Numbered from the stretch's first letter, positions 34,505-46,013 are shown. The stretch: 64,000 nt of DNA from an uncultured Planctomycetota bacterium (GCA_963845755.1 CAWJTV010000020.1:544001-608000), one strand, 5' to 3'. A program made the numbers and translations. The notes: a model not told the origin generated them from the sequence alone.

Positions 34505-34878
34505 GATTCCCTGCCTCCTCAATCGCACGTCCAGGTACGGGACACCCGTCCGCACCATTGACGTCAACACGAAGATCGCACCTTCGGAAGGTCTTTCGCG
34601 GCGGTGACCGAATCTCACGAGGTTGGTTCTCGATGGCACAGTCACCCAGAGGTACCGATCATCCTAGACGACAAACTCGGCTCGAACAAGCTCATTGGCA
34701 CCTAATCCTCGAGTCTTCGGTCCTGAGCCTGGACTTCCAGAGCGAACGGGTTTGATCGCGGTGGTGTGAGTAACCTCAGCACTCGGCGCTGGGCACGGGT
34801 CTCCTGACCTCGTGCGGGGACCGAACAAAGGTCTTCTCCCCTCGACGCCCATGTGATTCTCCTCAAGAGCGTCGCGCG

Positions 34879-35988
34879 TTACCGAATTGCCAGAGGTCGG
34901 AGAGTGAATCCAGCCGCGGCACCCTTGATCTTGTTGACCGCGGCGATATAGCAGAACGTATAGGCTCTGGACTTACTGAGCCCTTCCAGGTTGTGGAGCT
35001 CGCCAAGGTGGACGCCTTGGTCGACGAGGAGATAGCGATGAACGGGGATGCCGGTCCCGGGCGAATCGGCTGGGGGATTGACCTCGTAACCGCTGGTATC
35101 TGAGCCGACCATGATGACTCCTTGATCCTCGACCAGCCAGCGAGTGGCGGCGAGGTCGGGGCCTGCCGAGTCGTGCGCGGCGATCTTCGCATGATCGGCG
35201 CCGTCCTCGCCCCAATACCGGGCGGTGCCAGTACGGACCAGGACGACATCACCCGGGACGAGAGTCACCCCCTCCCAGGCCAGGGTGTCCTGGAGATCTC
35301 GGGTCGAGATCCGCGTGTGGCCCGGCAGCGCCTCGACCTTCTTGTAGGCTGCCACATCGATCAGAACTCCGCGGGCGATGATCGGCGGAATCGTCGAGGC
35401 GTCACATTTTCGAGGACCCCAGTCCCCACCCCATTCCGACTCCTTGAAACCGTTGTACCAGTGGTAGTCGAGACCGGCCGTGATGTGGCCCAGTCCATCG
35501 ATCTGGGTCGCCACGTTATCGGAGATGAACAAGGCGGCCGAATGCCAGTAGACGTGGTCGGTATTCTGATCGGCCGGCGGCGCGTCGGGGTCCTGCATCC
35601 GATGAACGCCGTCAGGGCTGCGGAACGTGATGATCTCGCCCGGACTATGGCCCGAGAACTTGTAACTGCGCCGGCTGTACGGCAAGCCCAGATCGAACAC
35701 CTCGCCTCGGGTCGCGAGTAAGAGTGCCGCGGACCTCGACCGATTCGAAAGGGCGTTCAGAGAGCCGATCTCATCGTCCTTCCCCCAAATCCAGCCCCAC
35801 CCCTTCCCCTTCTTCCAGCCTGCGATCGTTTCTTCCTGGGCCGACTCGGTTGCGGTGCGGCTCGCCTCTTCGCGTCGATTAGCGGTTTCGGCGGCGCCAC
35901 GCTCGCCTGGCGCAATGACCAGTCCACTCCCCAGCACACATCCCAGTCCCAGTACCGCCAGCGTTCTCATCATTTTCCCAACGCTCAT
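34879..35988 (-). CDS. Cyclase family (kynurenine formamidase-like) secreted protein
   Basis: WGKDDEIGSLN, TQIDGLGH, ARGVLID, GDVVLVRTG, PVHRYLL. Confidence 0.85.
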   Translation of the reverse strand: MSVGKMMRTLAVLGLGCVLGSGLVIAPGERGAAETANRREEASRTATESAQEETIAGWKKGKGWGWIWGKDDEIGSLNALSNRSRSAALLLATRGEVFDLGLPYSRRSYKFSGHSPGEIITFRSPDGVHRMQDPDAPPADQNTDHVYWHSAALFISDNVATQIDGLGHITAGLDYHWYNGFKESEWGGDWGPRKCDASTIPPIIARGVLIDVAAYKKVEALPGHTRISTRDLQDTLAWEGVTLVPGDVVLVRTGTARYWGEDGADHAKIAAHDSAGPDLAATRWLVEDQGVIMVGSDTSGYEVNPPADSPGTGIPVHRYLLVDQGVHLGELHNLEGLSKSRAYTFCYIAAVNKIKGAAAGFTLRPLAIR

Positions 35989-36393
35989 GATTCTCACCCT
36001 CCGAGATCGCGATCGCCGCGGATCCCCTGGAGGGGAATCCGGCAAGAGCAGGCTTCCTGATAGCCCAGACGACAAGCGAGGATTCTAGGCGTCGCAAAGA
36101 ACGGCCGCAATCCTCACGACGATTCTGGAATGCAATAAACACTCGAACCGAGATTTCCTCGTGAAGGCCGTTCTGCTCGGCTGCCTCTGACCATCCCGGC
36201 AGTCTGGCGCTGTTCGTGGAAGCCACGCTGGTCGCTCCCTACGGGACTCGGTAAAGAAACATCGTGCAAGCCGACCCGGGACCATGGATTGATGTCCAGG
36301 GACCAATGGATTTCTTGCAGCAGACGAAGCAGGAGTCGTAGAATAGCCGCCATGGGTCATGAAGGTTTGGTTTGCAAACCGGCAGGAGCAGGA

Positions 36394-37338
36394 ATGGGCG
36401 ACAACTTGCAGAACTCTCTGGAATCGACACGACGAGGCTCAGTGGTAAGCGAAGGCGCGACGAGTTCGTCAGAACCTCAAGCGGAGGCCGGCCACACGGG
36501 ACATCGTCCATCGGCCTCGGCTCAGGCCCCTGCGACATTAGTGCCCGAAACAGGATGGCATTTCCTCCATCTCTTCTACCAGGTCGATCGCTCGCGGCTT
36601 GGCGACATGTCGCCGGGACAAAGAGAGCAGGGACTCGAGGACTTGAGGCGAATCCTCGGAGCGAAGGCCCCCGGGGGGCCGGAGCAATTCCAGTGCTTCG
36701 CCGTGCCCGGCCACAAGGCCGATTTCGGGATCGTCATGGCCGGTCCCAATCTCCGTGGCGTTCACGACGTCCAGATGTCCATTCAAGCCTCGAGCCTGGG
36801 GCCGGCGCTCAGGCCCTCGTATTCGTTCTATTCGATTACCGAGATCTCGGAGTACGTTCCCGACGCCGAGCAATACGGAGGGATCCTCCGGAATCGCGAG
36901 GGTCTCGATCCGGAGAGCCCCACCTACAAGACGAAGCTGGCAGCGTATGCCGATCGGCTCGTGCCAATGAATCGACAACGGCTTTATCCCGAGTTCCCGA
37001 ACTGGCCTTGTCTTTGCTTTTATCCCATGAGCAAGATGCGCAATGCCGAACAGAACTGGTATCTGTTGCCATTCGAGGCTCGAGCCGAATTGATGTCGCA
37101 CCACGCCCGAAGCGGGATGAAATTCGCGGGGAGGGTGTCGCAGTTGATCACCGCATCGACGGGCCTGGACGACTGGGAATGGGGTGTGACCCTCTGGGGA
37201 CGCAATCCTTCGTATCTCAAGGAGATCGTCTACACGATGCGGTTCGACGAAAGCTCGGCCAAGTATGCGCTCTTCGGCGACTTCTATTTCGGGTATATCC
37301 TTCCGCCGGATGAATTGCTCGAAGCCGTCCGGCTTTGA
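36394..37338 (+). CDS. hemQ: Coproheme decarboxylase / chlorite dismutase family (ChdC/HemQ); start uncertain
   Basis: GWHFLHLFY, GHKADF, E.SEY, CFYPMSKMR..NWYLLP, STGLDDWEWGVTL, IVYTMRFDE. Confidence 0.85.
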   Translation: MGDNLQNSLESTRRGSVVSEGATSSSEPQAEAGHTGHRPSASAQAPATLVPETGWHFLHLFYQVDRSRLGDMSPGQREQGLEDLRRILGAKAPGGPEQFQCFAVPGHKADFGIVMAGPNLRGVHDVQMSIQASSLGPALRPSYSFYSITEISEYVPDAEQYGGILRNREGLDPESPTYKTKLAAYADRLVPMNRQRLYPEFPNWPCLCFYPMSKMRNAEQNWYLLPFEARAELMSHHARSGMKFAGRVSQLITASTGLDDWEWGVTLWGRNPSYLKEIVYTMRFDESSAKYALFGDFYFGYILPPDELLEAVRL

Positions 37339-37367
37339 AGATCGGGCGTTTTCAAGGCGGACAGACT

Positions 37368-37988
37368 ATGTCAGAAGGCGACATCGAGAGTCGATCCGGT
37401 CCTCAGCCGGTCATGGTCCTGGCGAGCACGTCCACGTACCGACGGGCCCAACTCGAGCGGCTGGGCGTTCCTTTCCGTTGGCGTGCGCCGTTGTGCGATG
37501 AGTCCGAGTTGCAGAGGACGGCGACAGACACGGAGCCCCGCCTTCTGGCCGAGAAACTGGCTTTCGCCAAGGCATCGAGCCTCTGTGGCCAGGAACCCGA
37601 GGCCGCGATCGTCGGTTGCGATCAGCTCGTTTCCTTCGAAGGCCGGGTCTATGGCAAGCCGGGGACGGCGGAGCGAGCGATCGCACAACTCGCCGCGATG
37701 TCCGGAAAGACCCACGACCTGATCACCGCTCTCGTCGTGATCCGAGGCGGCGATACATACCGCCATACCGATATTACGAGACTCCGGATGCGTCTGCTGG
37801 CTCGCGATGCTATCGAGCGCTACGTCGTCATCGATCAGCCGACAGATTGTGCCGGGAGCTACAAACTGGAATCGCGAGGGATCGTACTCTTCGACCGGAT
37901 CGAAAGCGACGATCAGAGCGCCATTACCGGCCTCCCGCTCATGGCGCTCGTGACCATCCTTCGCAAGTTGGGCTTCGCCATCCCATAA
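37368..37988 (+). CDS. maf: Maf family nucleoside triphosphate pyrophosphatase (YceF-like)
   Basis: LASTSTYRR, GCDQ, GKP, CAGSYKLE, AITGLPL. Confidence 0.9.
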   Translation: MSEGDIESRSGPQPVMVLASTSTYRRAQLERLGVPFRWRAPLCDESELQRTATDTEPRLLAEKLAFAKASSLCGQEPEAAIVGCDQLVSFEGRVYGKPGTAERAIAQLAAMSGKTHDLITALVVIRGGDTYRHTDITRLRMRLLARDAIERYVVIDQPTDCAGSYKLESRGIVLFDRIESDDQSAITGLPLMALVTILRKLGFAIP

Positions 37989-38140
37989 GGGCCGTCGATC
38001 GGCTGGCCTATCCTTCCCCATTTCATACGGAAGCACCATGACTTGCCGCGGCCCGCGCGTTCAACTCTGGTGAGAGGAATGACCCAGCCGACGTCTCCCC
38101 GAACCTTCGCCCGAACGGCCGAGATAAGCCAGGAGTCCAC

Positions 38141-39187
38141 ATGCGATATTGGCAAATAATCCTCATAGCAATAACGCTCATCTCTCCGCTGAGGGTGATT
38201 GCGGAATCGGATCAGTCCGGAAGATCCCCGGACCAGGACCTGCCGCCACACATCACGCGTCTGACGCTCTTCGGCGAGCGCGCGGACTGGTCGCGCGACG
38301 GCCGGAAGATCTTGTTCCTCGAGAAGACCTTCGGCGATGCCTACGAGATGGACGTCGAAACGAGTCGGCCGCGTCTCCTTACCGGCCATTACCCCCATTT
38401 CGGGTATACCCGAGCGCTCTACCTCGCTAATGGCGATATCCTGCTCTCGGGACCGGAGCAATTCGACCCGAAGAATCCCGCACCCAGCCGAGCCCAGTGC
38501 TTCTTGTACGTCCTGGACGGGAGCGGCACCAAGCCCCCTCTCCCGCTTGGTACGAAGTGTTCGGAAGGACCGGCGGTCTCTCGCAAGCGGATGCACATCG
38601 CCTGGACTCACGTGGCTGTCCAGTATCCGGAGGAGATGCCACCCGGCACATCCCGGATTTACGAGGCGGACATTGTCTACGAGGGCGGGACTGCGAAGCT
38701 TGCCAACCAGAGACTTGTACTGGATAGCCGCGACCTCGCGTTCCGCTGCACGATGGAGTCACAGAACTTTCGCCCATCGTACGAGAACGAGCTGATCTTC
38801 AGCGCTTACGGGTATCAGGGCACGGATGTCTTCGGCGTCGACCTGGCGACGCGGAAGGTCGTGAACTACTCGGATGCACCGGACCAGTACGATGAGCCAG
38901 AGGGCATCTTCCCCGACGGTCGCGGGATCTGCGTCGAGTCCGACCGCGAGAGCCCGAACGGGAAGGGACCCGGGCATGTGGACATCTGGAAGCTTTCCCT
39001 CGATGGCCGCGGTGAGTGGAAGCGGCTGACTCAGTTCAACACGTACGCCGGTTACAAGGCGTCAAACCCGGTCATCAGCGACGATGGCAAGTTCATGGCG
39101 TTTCAGATGGCCCGGTCGCGCGACCCGGCGGGCGTCGGTTACGGCATCTTCCTCTACGACTTCGCCAGGGCCGCCCAGCGGAAATGA
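38141..39187 (+). CDS. Secreted TolB-like beta-propeller protein
   Basis: Signal peptide; WSRDG, IFPDG, ISDDG repeats. Confidence 0.75.
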   Translation: MRYWQIILIAITLISPLRVIAESDQSGRSPDQDLPPHITRLTLFGERADWSRDGRKILFLEKTFGDAYEMDVETSRPRLLTGHYPHFGYTRALYLANGDILLSGPEQFDPKNPAPSRAQCFLYVLDGSGTKPPLPLGTKCSEGPAVSRKRMHIAWTHVAVQYPEEMPPGTSRIYEADIVYEGGTAKLANQRLVLDSRDLAFRCTMESQNFRPSYENELIFSAYGYQGTDVFGVDLATRKVVNYSDAPDQYDEPEGIFPDGRGICVESDRESPNGKGPGHVDIWKLSLDGRGEWKRLTQFNTYAGYKASNPVISDDGKFMAFQMARSRDPAGVGYGIFLYDFARAAQRK

Positions 39188-39286
39188 GAGCAGCTTATTG
39201 GCGATTGTGGGCTCGGGCTCGAACGGACGTGACTCGATACGGCCGTTCGATGCGGCGCTGGCCCTCCGGTCGAAACCCGTGGGTTC

Positions 39287-41488
39287 TCAGAGATCGATCG
39301 CCACGACCTCATGGTCGAGAATCGATGGAACGGTCAGAGTCAGCCGCGTGCCATCCCGGTTGATGGGCAAGTCCCGGTCCGCCACGAGGAGGTGGACCCG
39401 TCTTACCGGGGATCCCTCGGGAAGCCGGAGGACGACCTTCTGTTCCCCGGTGGGGATCAACTCGCGGATTGGACCCTTCATCATCATGGGGTTCGTCAGA
39501 TTGACCAGGTGCACGGTCATCGAGGCCTTCTGCCGCCAGACAGTCACGTCGAGCACGCCGGGGCCCGTGACGCGTACCGTCGGCTCTTCATTCGTCGCCC
39601 AGTGGACCGCGTTACGAAGCAAGAAGCCGTGGTCGATCGCAAGGATCTCCCAGAAGATGCGGTCGATGTCCCATGGGAAAAAGACGATGCGGCTTGGTCC
39701 GACCTCGCGGAGGTATAACTCGGCAACGTCGGTCTTCGGCACGCGCGGATAGACCTTTTCCATCGGCAGGTCGGGGTAGCTGGGGATCAGTGTCAGCGGA
39801 GCCTGAGGAAACTGCTGGCGGGGTTTGACGTCGAGCCGATAAGTTCCGTGAATGATGCGCGTGGCATCATCAAGCCCGGTCAAGATGGGATGCCGCCGCC
39901 CGGTCGATTGATCGTCTTCCAACCGGAGGTACGCGTTCCGCATCGGACCCTCGACACGCCCGCGCGAGGAGACCCCGAAGAGATCAGCCAGGCCGAAGTC
40001 CTGGCGACGCACGCCCCACTCGTTGTAGAGCGAGGTCTCGAAGGTCGCCACGAGACTCCCGCCGTGGTCCACGAATGCGCGGATCTGTCGGCACTGCTCG
40101 TCGGACAGAGCGGCGATATTCGGCAAGATGAGGGTCTTGAATCGGTTCAGATGGACGGCATCGAGGAGTCGGTCATGAACCATTTCGAAGGGGACCCGGG
40201 CCTCGACGAGAGCCTGATACCATCCCAGCGCATGGTCCTCGACTTTCGTCCTGGCATGAGGACCGCCATAGAACCAGGCGGTCTGTTGCGAGTAGACGAG
40301 CCCGACCCGAGCCAAGGACTCGGTATTCCGCAAGTAGCCTTCAACCCCGTCATGCCACTGGTAAATCCGCTCGACGACACCAAGCCAGCGCCGATCGTGG
40401 ATCGTGCCGGAGAACTTGGTGAACCAGGGCCGCAGCCCATTGGCGATCCCGTCGGCGACCCAGATGCGGATTTCCGCCTCACCCTGGACCGAATCTTTCC
40501 AGCGATATGCTTCCTCCACACCCACGCTGAAGATGCCCCCGACGGGTTTGGAGCCCATCGTGGCGCGGTATTCCTTGGCGCTCTTGCCGATGGCCCAGGG
40601 GGGAATCGCACCACTCCGCGCCTGCCGGTCGGCGAATAGAGTCGGTGCCAGTTCCCCGATGACTTTCATGTCGAGGAGGCTCGTCGCGCCGCCGCCGGCG
40701 TTCGGTATCACGCACGAGTCGGGATGGATTCGCCGGACCTCGGTGTCCCAGAGTCGCCACAGGTCGAAGAGGCGCTGTTGTTGCCAGAGCAGATGAGCTC
40801 GTCGCGAGGGATCCTGCGGGTCGTCGGTTCGCGGCAATTCATGACCGGTGGCGGCCTTGAAGTTGTCGCGGCAGTGACCACAAAAGCACATGCCGGAGCC
40901 TGCCCACCGGTTGATGAAGATCCCGTCGACGCGGTAGCGGGTCATGATCTCCCGGTGCACCTCGGTCATCAACTCGAAGTTGTACGGCCCGAGGGCACAG
41001 GTTACCCACATCTCAGGAGAAGCCCAGTGACGCCGTTGCTGGCCGCGGGCGTCCACGGCGATCCAGTCCGGGTGGGCTTCGTGTACGTCGTCGTAGGTTG
41101 CATGCGGGTCGGTCCGTGCGAGGACGACCATGCCGAGTTCCCGGCACCCGGCGACCAGTTCACCAAATGGGTCGAGGTCCTCGAGCCACCGGCTACGGTG
41201 GTGGAGAGGCACCTTCGTGGGGTAATACGCGACGCACCCGCCGGCACTGAGGCAGACTCCATCGCTGCGCGTTCTTCGGAAGTAATCGAGCCAGAACTTG
41301 AGGTCGAATCGACCCGGGTCGTCCTCGACCAGAGTGAGTTGAGCCCAGCGCATAGGGCGATCGACCCAACTGGGCGCTGCGGCGATAGGCGACGTGGCCT
41401 GTCCGACGGAGCCTTCACCAATCGCAATCGCGGCCCCGGCCACGTTGCACGTCCTCAAGAAGGATCGTCGCGAAATGTCGGGCTGCAT
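39287..41488 (-). CDS. Tat-exported putative glycoside hydrolase (GHL6-like + beta-galactosidase trimerisation domain)
   Basis: SRRSFL Tat motif; AGG.VAYYP, C.C..C, LILPNIAALSD. Confidence 0.8.
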   Translation of the reverse strand: MQPDISRRSFLRTCNVAGAAIAIGEGSVGQATSPIAAAPSWVDRPMRWAQLTLVEDDPGRFDLKFWLDYFRRTRSDGVCLSAGGCVAYYPTKVPLHHRSRWLEDLDPFGELVAGCRELGMVVLARTDPHATYDDVHEAHPDWIAVDARGQQRRHWASPEMWVTCALGPYNFELMTEVHREIMTRYRVDGIFINRWAGSGMCFCGHCRDNFKAATGHELPRTDDPQDPSRRAHLLWQQQRLFDLWRLWDTEVRRIHPDSCVIPNAGGGATSLLDMKVIGELAPTLFADRQARSGAIPPWAIGKSAKEYRATMGSKPVGGIFSVGVEEAYRWKDSVQGEAEIRIWVADGIANGLRPWFTKFSGTIHDRRWLGVVERIYQWHDGVEGYLRNTESLARVGLVYSQQTAWFYGGPHARTKVEDHALGWYQALVEARVPFEMVHDRLLDAVHLNRFKTLILPNIAALSDEQCRQIRAFVDHGGSLVATFETSLYNEWGVRRQDFGLADLFGVSSRGRVEGPMRNAYLRLEDDQSTGRRHPILTGLDDATRIIHGTYRLDVKPRQQFPQAPLTLIPSYPDLPMEKVYPRVPKTDVAELYLREVGPSRIVFFPWDIDRIFWEILAIDHGFLLRNAVHWATNEEPTVRVTGPGVLDVTVWRQKASMTVHLVNLTNPMMMKGPIRELIPTGEQKVVLRLPEGSPVRRVHLLVADRDLPINRDGTRLTLTVPSILDHEVVAIDL

Positions 41489-41762
41489 GTTCGATAGGCC
41501 TCCTGGCGATCCTCGCAAGCATTTCTCGCAAAGAACCGGGGCAATCTTGGCGGTACACCGATGGGGCGCCCCAGCACGACCTTATGGTAAGCTCCGCGCA
41601 CGATCCATGCGATGTCTCAGTGGGACGACCTTGTCCTTCGCCGATGCTCCGCAGTCGAACCGGTCGGCTGCTCCGACTCATTCCCGATGGCGTTCGAGTC
41701 GAGAGACCCTTGAAGGCGGGTCGAAGGGCCGTCATAATGAAGGTGGTGATGTTTCGACCCTT

Positions 41763-41836
41763 GTGCCCGTAGCTCAATTGGATAGAGCGTTAGCCTCCGG
41801 AGCTAAAGGTTACAGGTTCAACTCCTGTCGGGCATA
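41763..41836 (+). tRNA. tRNA-Arg(CCG), CCA not encoded
   Basis: Acceptor GTGCCCG/CGGGCAT, D-arm GCTC..GAGC, anticodon arm TTAGC-CTCCGGA-GCTAA, T-arm ACAGG-TTCAACT-CCTGT. Confidence 0.97.
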
Positions 41837-41945
41837 CTCAAGCCACGAAAAGACTTACCGTGAACGGCTCGGCCCATTTCCTACGACATTTCCAGTAGAC
41901 CCTACTGAAGCGTCCAGCGATGGCTGGTCGATGGGGAGGATACCC

Positions 41946-42059
41946 ATGTCGAAGAGTACTGGTCGTTTCCGGAGGCTGATCCACCGCAAGGCCTGTGGAC
42001 AAAGGGCCGTCCGGCTCGACCGCAAGGACATCTTCCGTGGACCCTTCAATTCCTCATGA
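41946..42059 (+). pseudogene. N-terminal remnant of a planctomycete-type tyrosine integrase
   Basis: MSKST..HRKACGQRAVRLDRKDIFRGPFNS* resembles the HK.SGQAVV.L.G.D.YLGP.GS integrase N-terminus; 110 bp downstream of the tRNA. Confidence 0.6.
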
Positions 42060-42390
42060 CCTCCAACGCAACTCGCCGATCGGCCCGCCCTCCTGGAGGG
42101 TGATCGCCAGAGGAATCTGAGCCACGAGCTGATCACCACCTCGCTCGCTCACGCACCTCCGCCGCGAGCTGTCAGGGATCCGCTTCGACATGGCCCAGGC
42201 CCTGATCGCCGACGCCGCGGCCGATCCGGCGAGACTCGAAGACCTCTCCGGTCGGATCACGGCGTTCCGGCTCCCTTGTGACTGCCAGCGGCTGAGGCGA
42301 GTGGGGCGGTTCAAGTACGGGGAATGATGCGCTCTTCGGTGCTCGCAATCCCCTCCCGACCGGACTTGGGCTGCGAACTTGGAGGATCTG

Positions 42391-43487
42391 ATGAACGTCC
42401 AAGACTCTTCACTGAGCGAGACGCTTGCCCAAGGCCGGACGCTTCCCGCCGAGTGGTACACAGACCCCAAGCGATTCGAATGCGAGCAGGATCGCATCTT
42501 CGCGGCGAGTTGGAACTATATCGGCCGAGTCGAACAGGTCGCGAGAGTCGGCGATTTCCTGACCGGCCGAGTCGGTGAGGTTCCGGTCGTCATCGTCCGC
42601 GATGAAGCGGGGACGCTCCGGGCCTTCGCGAACGTCTGCGGCCACCGAGGCAGCGAGTTGGTGTTGGAGAAGTGCGGCAATCGCCGCACTCTCCAGTGTC
42701 ACTATCACGCCTGGACCTGGGGTCTCGACGGAACCCTGCGCCAGCCCCGCACTGCCAGGAGCAGCCAGGCTTCGACAAGGCCCACTTCCCGCTAACGCGT
42801 CTTGGAGTTGAGACATTCGGGCCGTTCATCTTCATCAACCCTGGCTCCGCATCGTGTTCATTAGCGGCCACGCTCGGCCAGTTGCCCGCAATCATCCGGT
42901 CGGGTGGTGCGGACATCGACACGCTCAAGTTTCGCGAACGGAGACAGTATGCGATTCAGGCCAACTGGAAAGTCGTGGTCGAGAATTTTCTCGAGTGCTA
43001 CCATTGCGCGGTGTCCCATCCGGGCTTCGCCGATCTGATCGACCTGGACAAGTACCAGGTCGTTGCTTACGACCGTTGCTCCGTACAACGCGGCCCGCGC
43101 AAGGCGAGCGCCCGACCGCCTTGCAAGGAGGGGTTCGGGGCCGACGAGGGGCGGGAAGGGCTCTATACCTATCTCTGGCCGAACTTCATGCTCAACGTGT
43201 ATCCCGGCGCCAGCAATGCTTCAACGAATCTCATCCTTCCGATCGACGAGCATCATTGCCTTGCGGTCTACGAGTTCTTCTTCGCCGAGAATATGCCAGA
43301 GGAGGAGCAGCGCGCAATGGTCGATTTCATCGATCAGGTCCAGCGGGAGGACATCATCATCGTCGAGTCGGTGCAGCGTGGGTTACGATCCGGGTTCTAC
43401 AAGCAGGGCCAATTGATTCTTTCGCGCGAGAACGGGATTCAGCACTTCCAGAGGCTGGTGTTCTCTGCCCTGGCCGGCTCGCTCTGA
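42391..43487 (+). CDS. Rieske aromatic-ring-hydroxylating oxygenase alpha subunit (choline monooxygenase-like); frameshift near 42745
   Basis: NVCGHRG..CHYHAW Rieske motif; ANWK..ENFLECYHC..SHP; ED...ESVQRG. Confidence 0.9.
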
Positions 43488-43629
43488 GGCGTCTTTTTTC
43501 ACGCGGCGGTTTGCTCCTCCCAACCGGGAATTCATCGCGACCCGCACACCAAATCGGTTGACACCATCTCCCCGAGATTCGAGACGTGTTGGCGCAGGCT
43601 GAGCATTGCAACGATAGGGAACCGACTGC

Positions 43630-44277
43630 ATGAGTTTGGGCGCGGTCGTACTGTGTGGCGGCGAGAGTCGCCGGATGGGCTGCTCGAAAGCCTGGCTGCC
43701 GTTCGGGTCCGAGCGGATGCTCCAGCGCGTCGTCCGGCTGGTCGGCGAGGTCGCCTGGCCGATCGTCGTCGTCGCCGCACCCGGTCGAGCACTCCCGGAG
43801 CTGGCTGCCGACATTGCGATCGCTCGCGACCCGATCGCCGGCCGCGGTCCCCTGCAAGGCGTGGCGACCGGCCTCGCCACCTTCCCCGATTCGGTCGAGC
43901 TGGTCTATGCCACCGCGACGGATGTCCCCTTCCTCGAACCGCGCTGGATCACCCGCCTCGCCGAGCTGATCGGCGATCACGACCTCGCCATTCCGTTCAT
44001 CGGCGAGCGTTACCATCCGCTAGCGGCCCTCTATCGGAAGGACGCCTTTCTGCCAGTCATCGAACGTCTGTTGAAGGCGGATCGACTACGTCTGACCTCG
44101 GTCGTCGATGAGGTCAAGACCCGCTACGTCTCGGAGGAGGAGTTGCGAGCCGTTGATCCGATCCTCGGGACCATCCGGAACTTGAATGACCGGGACGACT
44201 ATCAGAACGCGCTTCGCGAGGTCGTCACGGGCGACACGGCCTTCCGGTCCCATGAGGTTCAGGACGGATTCGCGTAA
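43630..44277 (+). CDS. mobA: Molybdenum cofactor guanylyltransferase
   Basis: LCGGESRRMG..KA.L, GPLQG, TDVPF, HPLAALY, N.N...DY. Confidence 0.85.
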   Translation: MSLGAVVLCGGESRRMGCSKAWLPFGSERMLQRVVRLVGEVAWPIVVVAAPGRALPELAADIAIARDPIAGRGPLQGVATGLATFPDSVELVYATATDVPFLEPRWITRLAELIGDHDLAIPFIGERYHPLAALYRKDAFLPVIERLLKADRLRLTSVVDEVKTRYVSEEELRAVDPILGTIRNLNDRDDYQNALREVVTGDTAFRSHEVQDGFA

Positions 44278-45855
44278 GTCGCAACGACGACCCGCGCGGT
44301 TCGCAAGCCATCAACGGCCGCACTCATGATTCCGCCGGCATATCCGGCCCCCTCGCCGCAGGGATAGAGTCCGGCCACGCCGGGACTCTCGCGGGTAGCC
44401 GGATCGCGCGTGATGCGGACCGGGGAGCTGCCGCGGGCCTCGGGACCGGTGAGCGTCGCATCGCGGAGGAATTGGCCTCCGAACCGCCGGTCCATCTTCG
44501 GCAGACCGCGTTCGAGGGCCTCGACGACCGTGCCGGGAAGGAACAGGCGCAGGTCTACCGTCGTGCCACCGCGACGATAGCTGGTCGGGATCGTCCCGCG
44601 GCTCGGCCGCCCGGCGAGGAAGTCGCGCCGCCGACTGGAGCGGCGCCGCATAGTCTCGTCCCCCCGCGACGTAGGCGAGACTCTCGATCCGTTGCTGATA
44701 CTGCACGCCCGCCAGGGGATGGGTGCTTCCGGTTTCCTCCGGCTCGATGGTGACGACCAGGCCGCTATTGGCGAACGGAGAGTCGTGGCGGCTTTCACTC
44801 ATGCCGTTGGTGCAGAAGTACCCCGGGTCACTGACGCTGGGCATCACATAGCCGCCGGCGCACATGCAGAACGTGAACAGGTCGCGATCGCCCGTGCGGA
44901 CCGTCGCCACGTAATCCGCCGCGCCCAGGGCGGGATGGCCGGCATGATGGCCGTATCGGGCTTGATCGATGGCCGCCTGCGGCTGCTCGATCCGCACGCC
45001 CAACTGGAACGGCTTGGCCTCGATCGGGACCTCGCGGCGCAGCAGCATGCCGTAAGTATCGCGGGCACTGTGGCCGATCGCGAGGATCGCCAGGTCCGCG
45101 GCGATATAGCCGGTGGACGTCGAGAGGCCGCGGAGTCGGCCATCGGTGATGTCGAGGTCCTCCACGAGGCATCCGAAGCGGACCTCGCCGCCGAGCGATT
45201 CGATCTTGCGACGGAGCGTTCGGACCACCAGGGGCAGCCGGTTGGAGCCGAGGTGAGGCCGATGCTCGTACAGGATCGTCGGACCGCCGTGACATTCCGC
45301 CAGGATCTCCAGAACACGATGGATGTCGGGCCCGGTGCCGCGCGAGGTGAGCTTGCCATCGCTGAAGGTGCCGGCCCCCCCCTCCCCGAACAGGTAATTG
45401 CTCTCGGGGTCCACCGGCCCGTTCTCGTCGAACCGGCGCACGTCGGCGACCCGATCCTTGACGGCTCGGCCCCGCTCGAGAATCAGTGGTCGGAACCCCG
45501 ACTCAGCCAGGAGGTATCCGGCGAGCAGGCCGGCCGGGCCCGAGCCCACGATCACAGGTCGATGCCGGAGTGGGCGCGAGCCGGGCTCGGGCCAGTCGAA
45601 CCGCTCTGGGGCGTAATCCTGGACGTCCGGGGATGAGCCAGCTTCGATTCGAGGACTGGCTCCCTCCGCGAGTCGGACCTCGGCCGAATAGATGAAATGG
45701 AGGTCGTCGTGACTTCGGGCGTCGAGGCTCTTGCGGAGGATCCGACACCCTGCGATCGCATCCGGTCCCAAGCCGAGGCGGTCTGCGGCCTTTCGCGGAA
45801 GTCCCTCCTCGGGTTCACCCAGCTCCAGGCGAATGTTGGCGACTCGGAGTGACAT
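44259..45855 (-). CDS. FAD-dependent dehydrogenase (COG2509-like); frameshift(s) near 44600-44640
   Basis: GSGPAGL, FGEGGAGTFSDGKL, FCMCAGG, TNGMS, YPCGEGAGYAGGIMSAAVDG. Confidence 0.9.
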
Positions 45856-45869
45856 AGGTGGAAATCAAT

Positions 45870-45942
45870 TCCAGATTGCGGATTCGAGATTGCGGGATCG
45901 AGATTCCTGGCCGTGATTGCGGACCGGGATTCCGGATTCCCC
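45870..45942. repeat. Degenerate tandem heptamer array (T[CG][CG][GA]GAT-like)
   Basis: TCCAGAT TGCGGAT TCGAGAT TGCGGGA TCGAGAT ... TCCGGAT; same family as 7725-7806. Confidence 0.65.
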
Positions 45943-46013
45943 TTGAAACTCGGGCGCCGAGATACGCGATCGGTCCTCCCCCATGCGCGATCGCCCATGA
46001 CCCTCCGTGCGCT

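Noticed and set aside
36394..37338. ChdC/HemQ in a diderm bacterium as a novelty
   Set aside because: The family is broadly distributed and nothing in the local context is unusual
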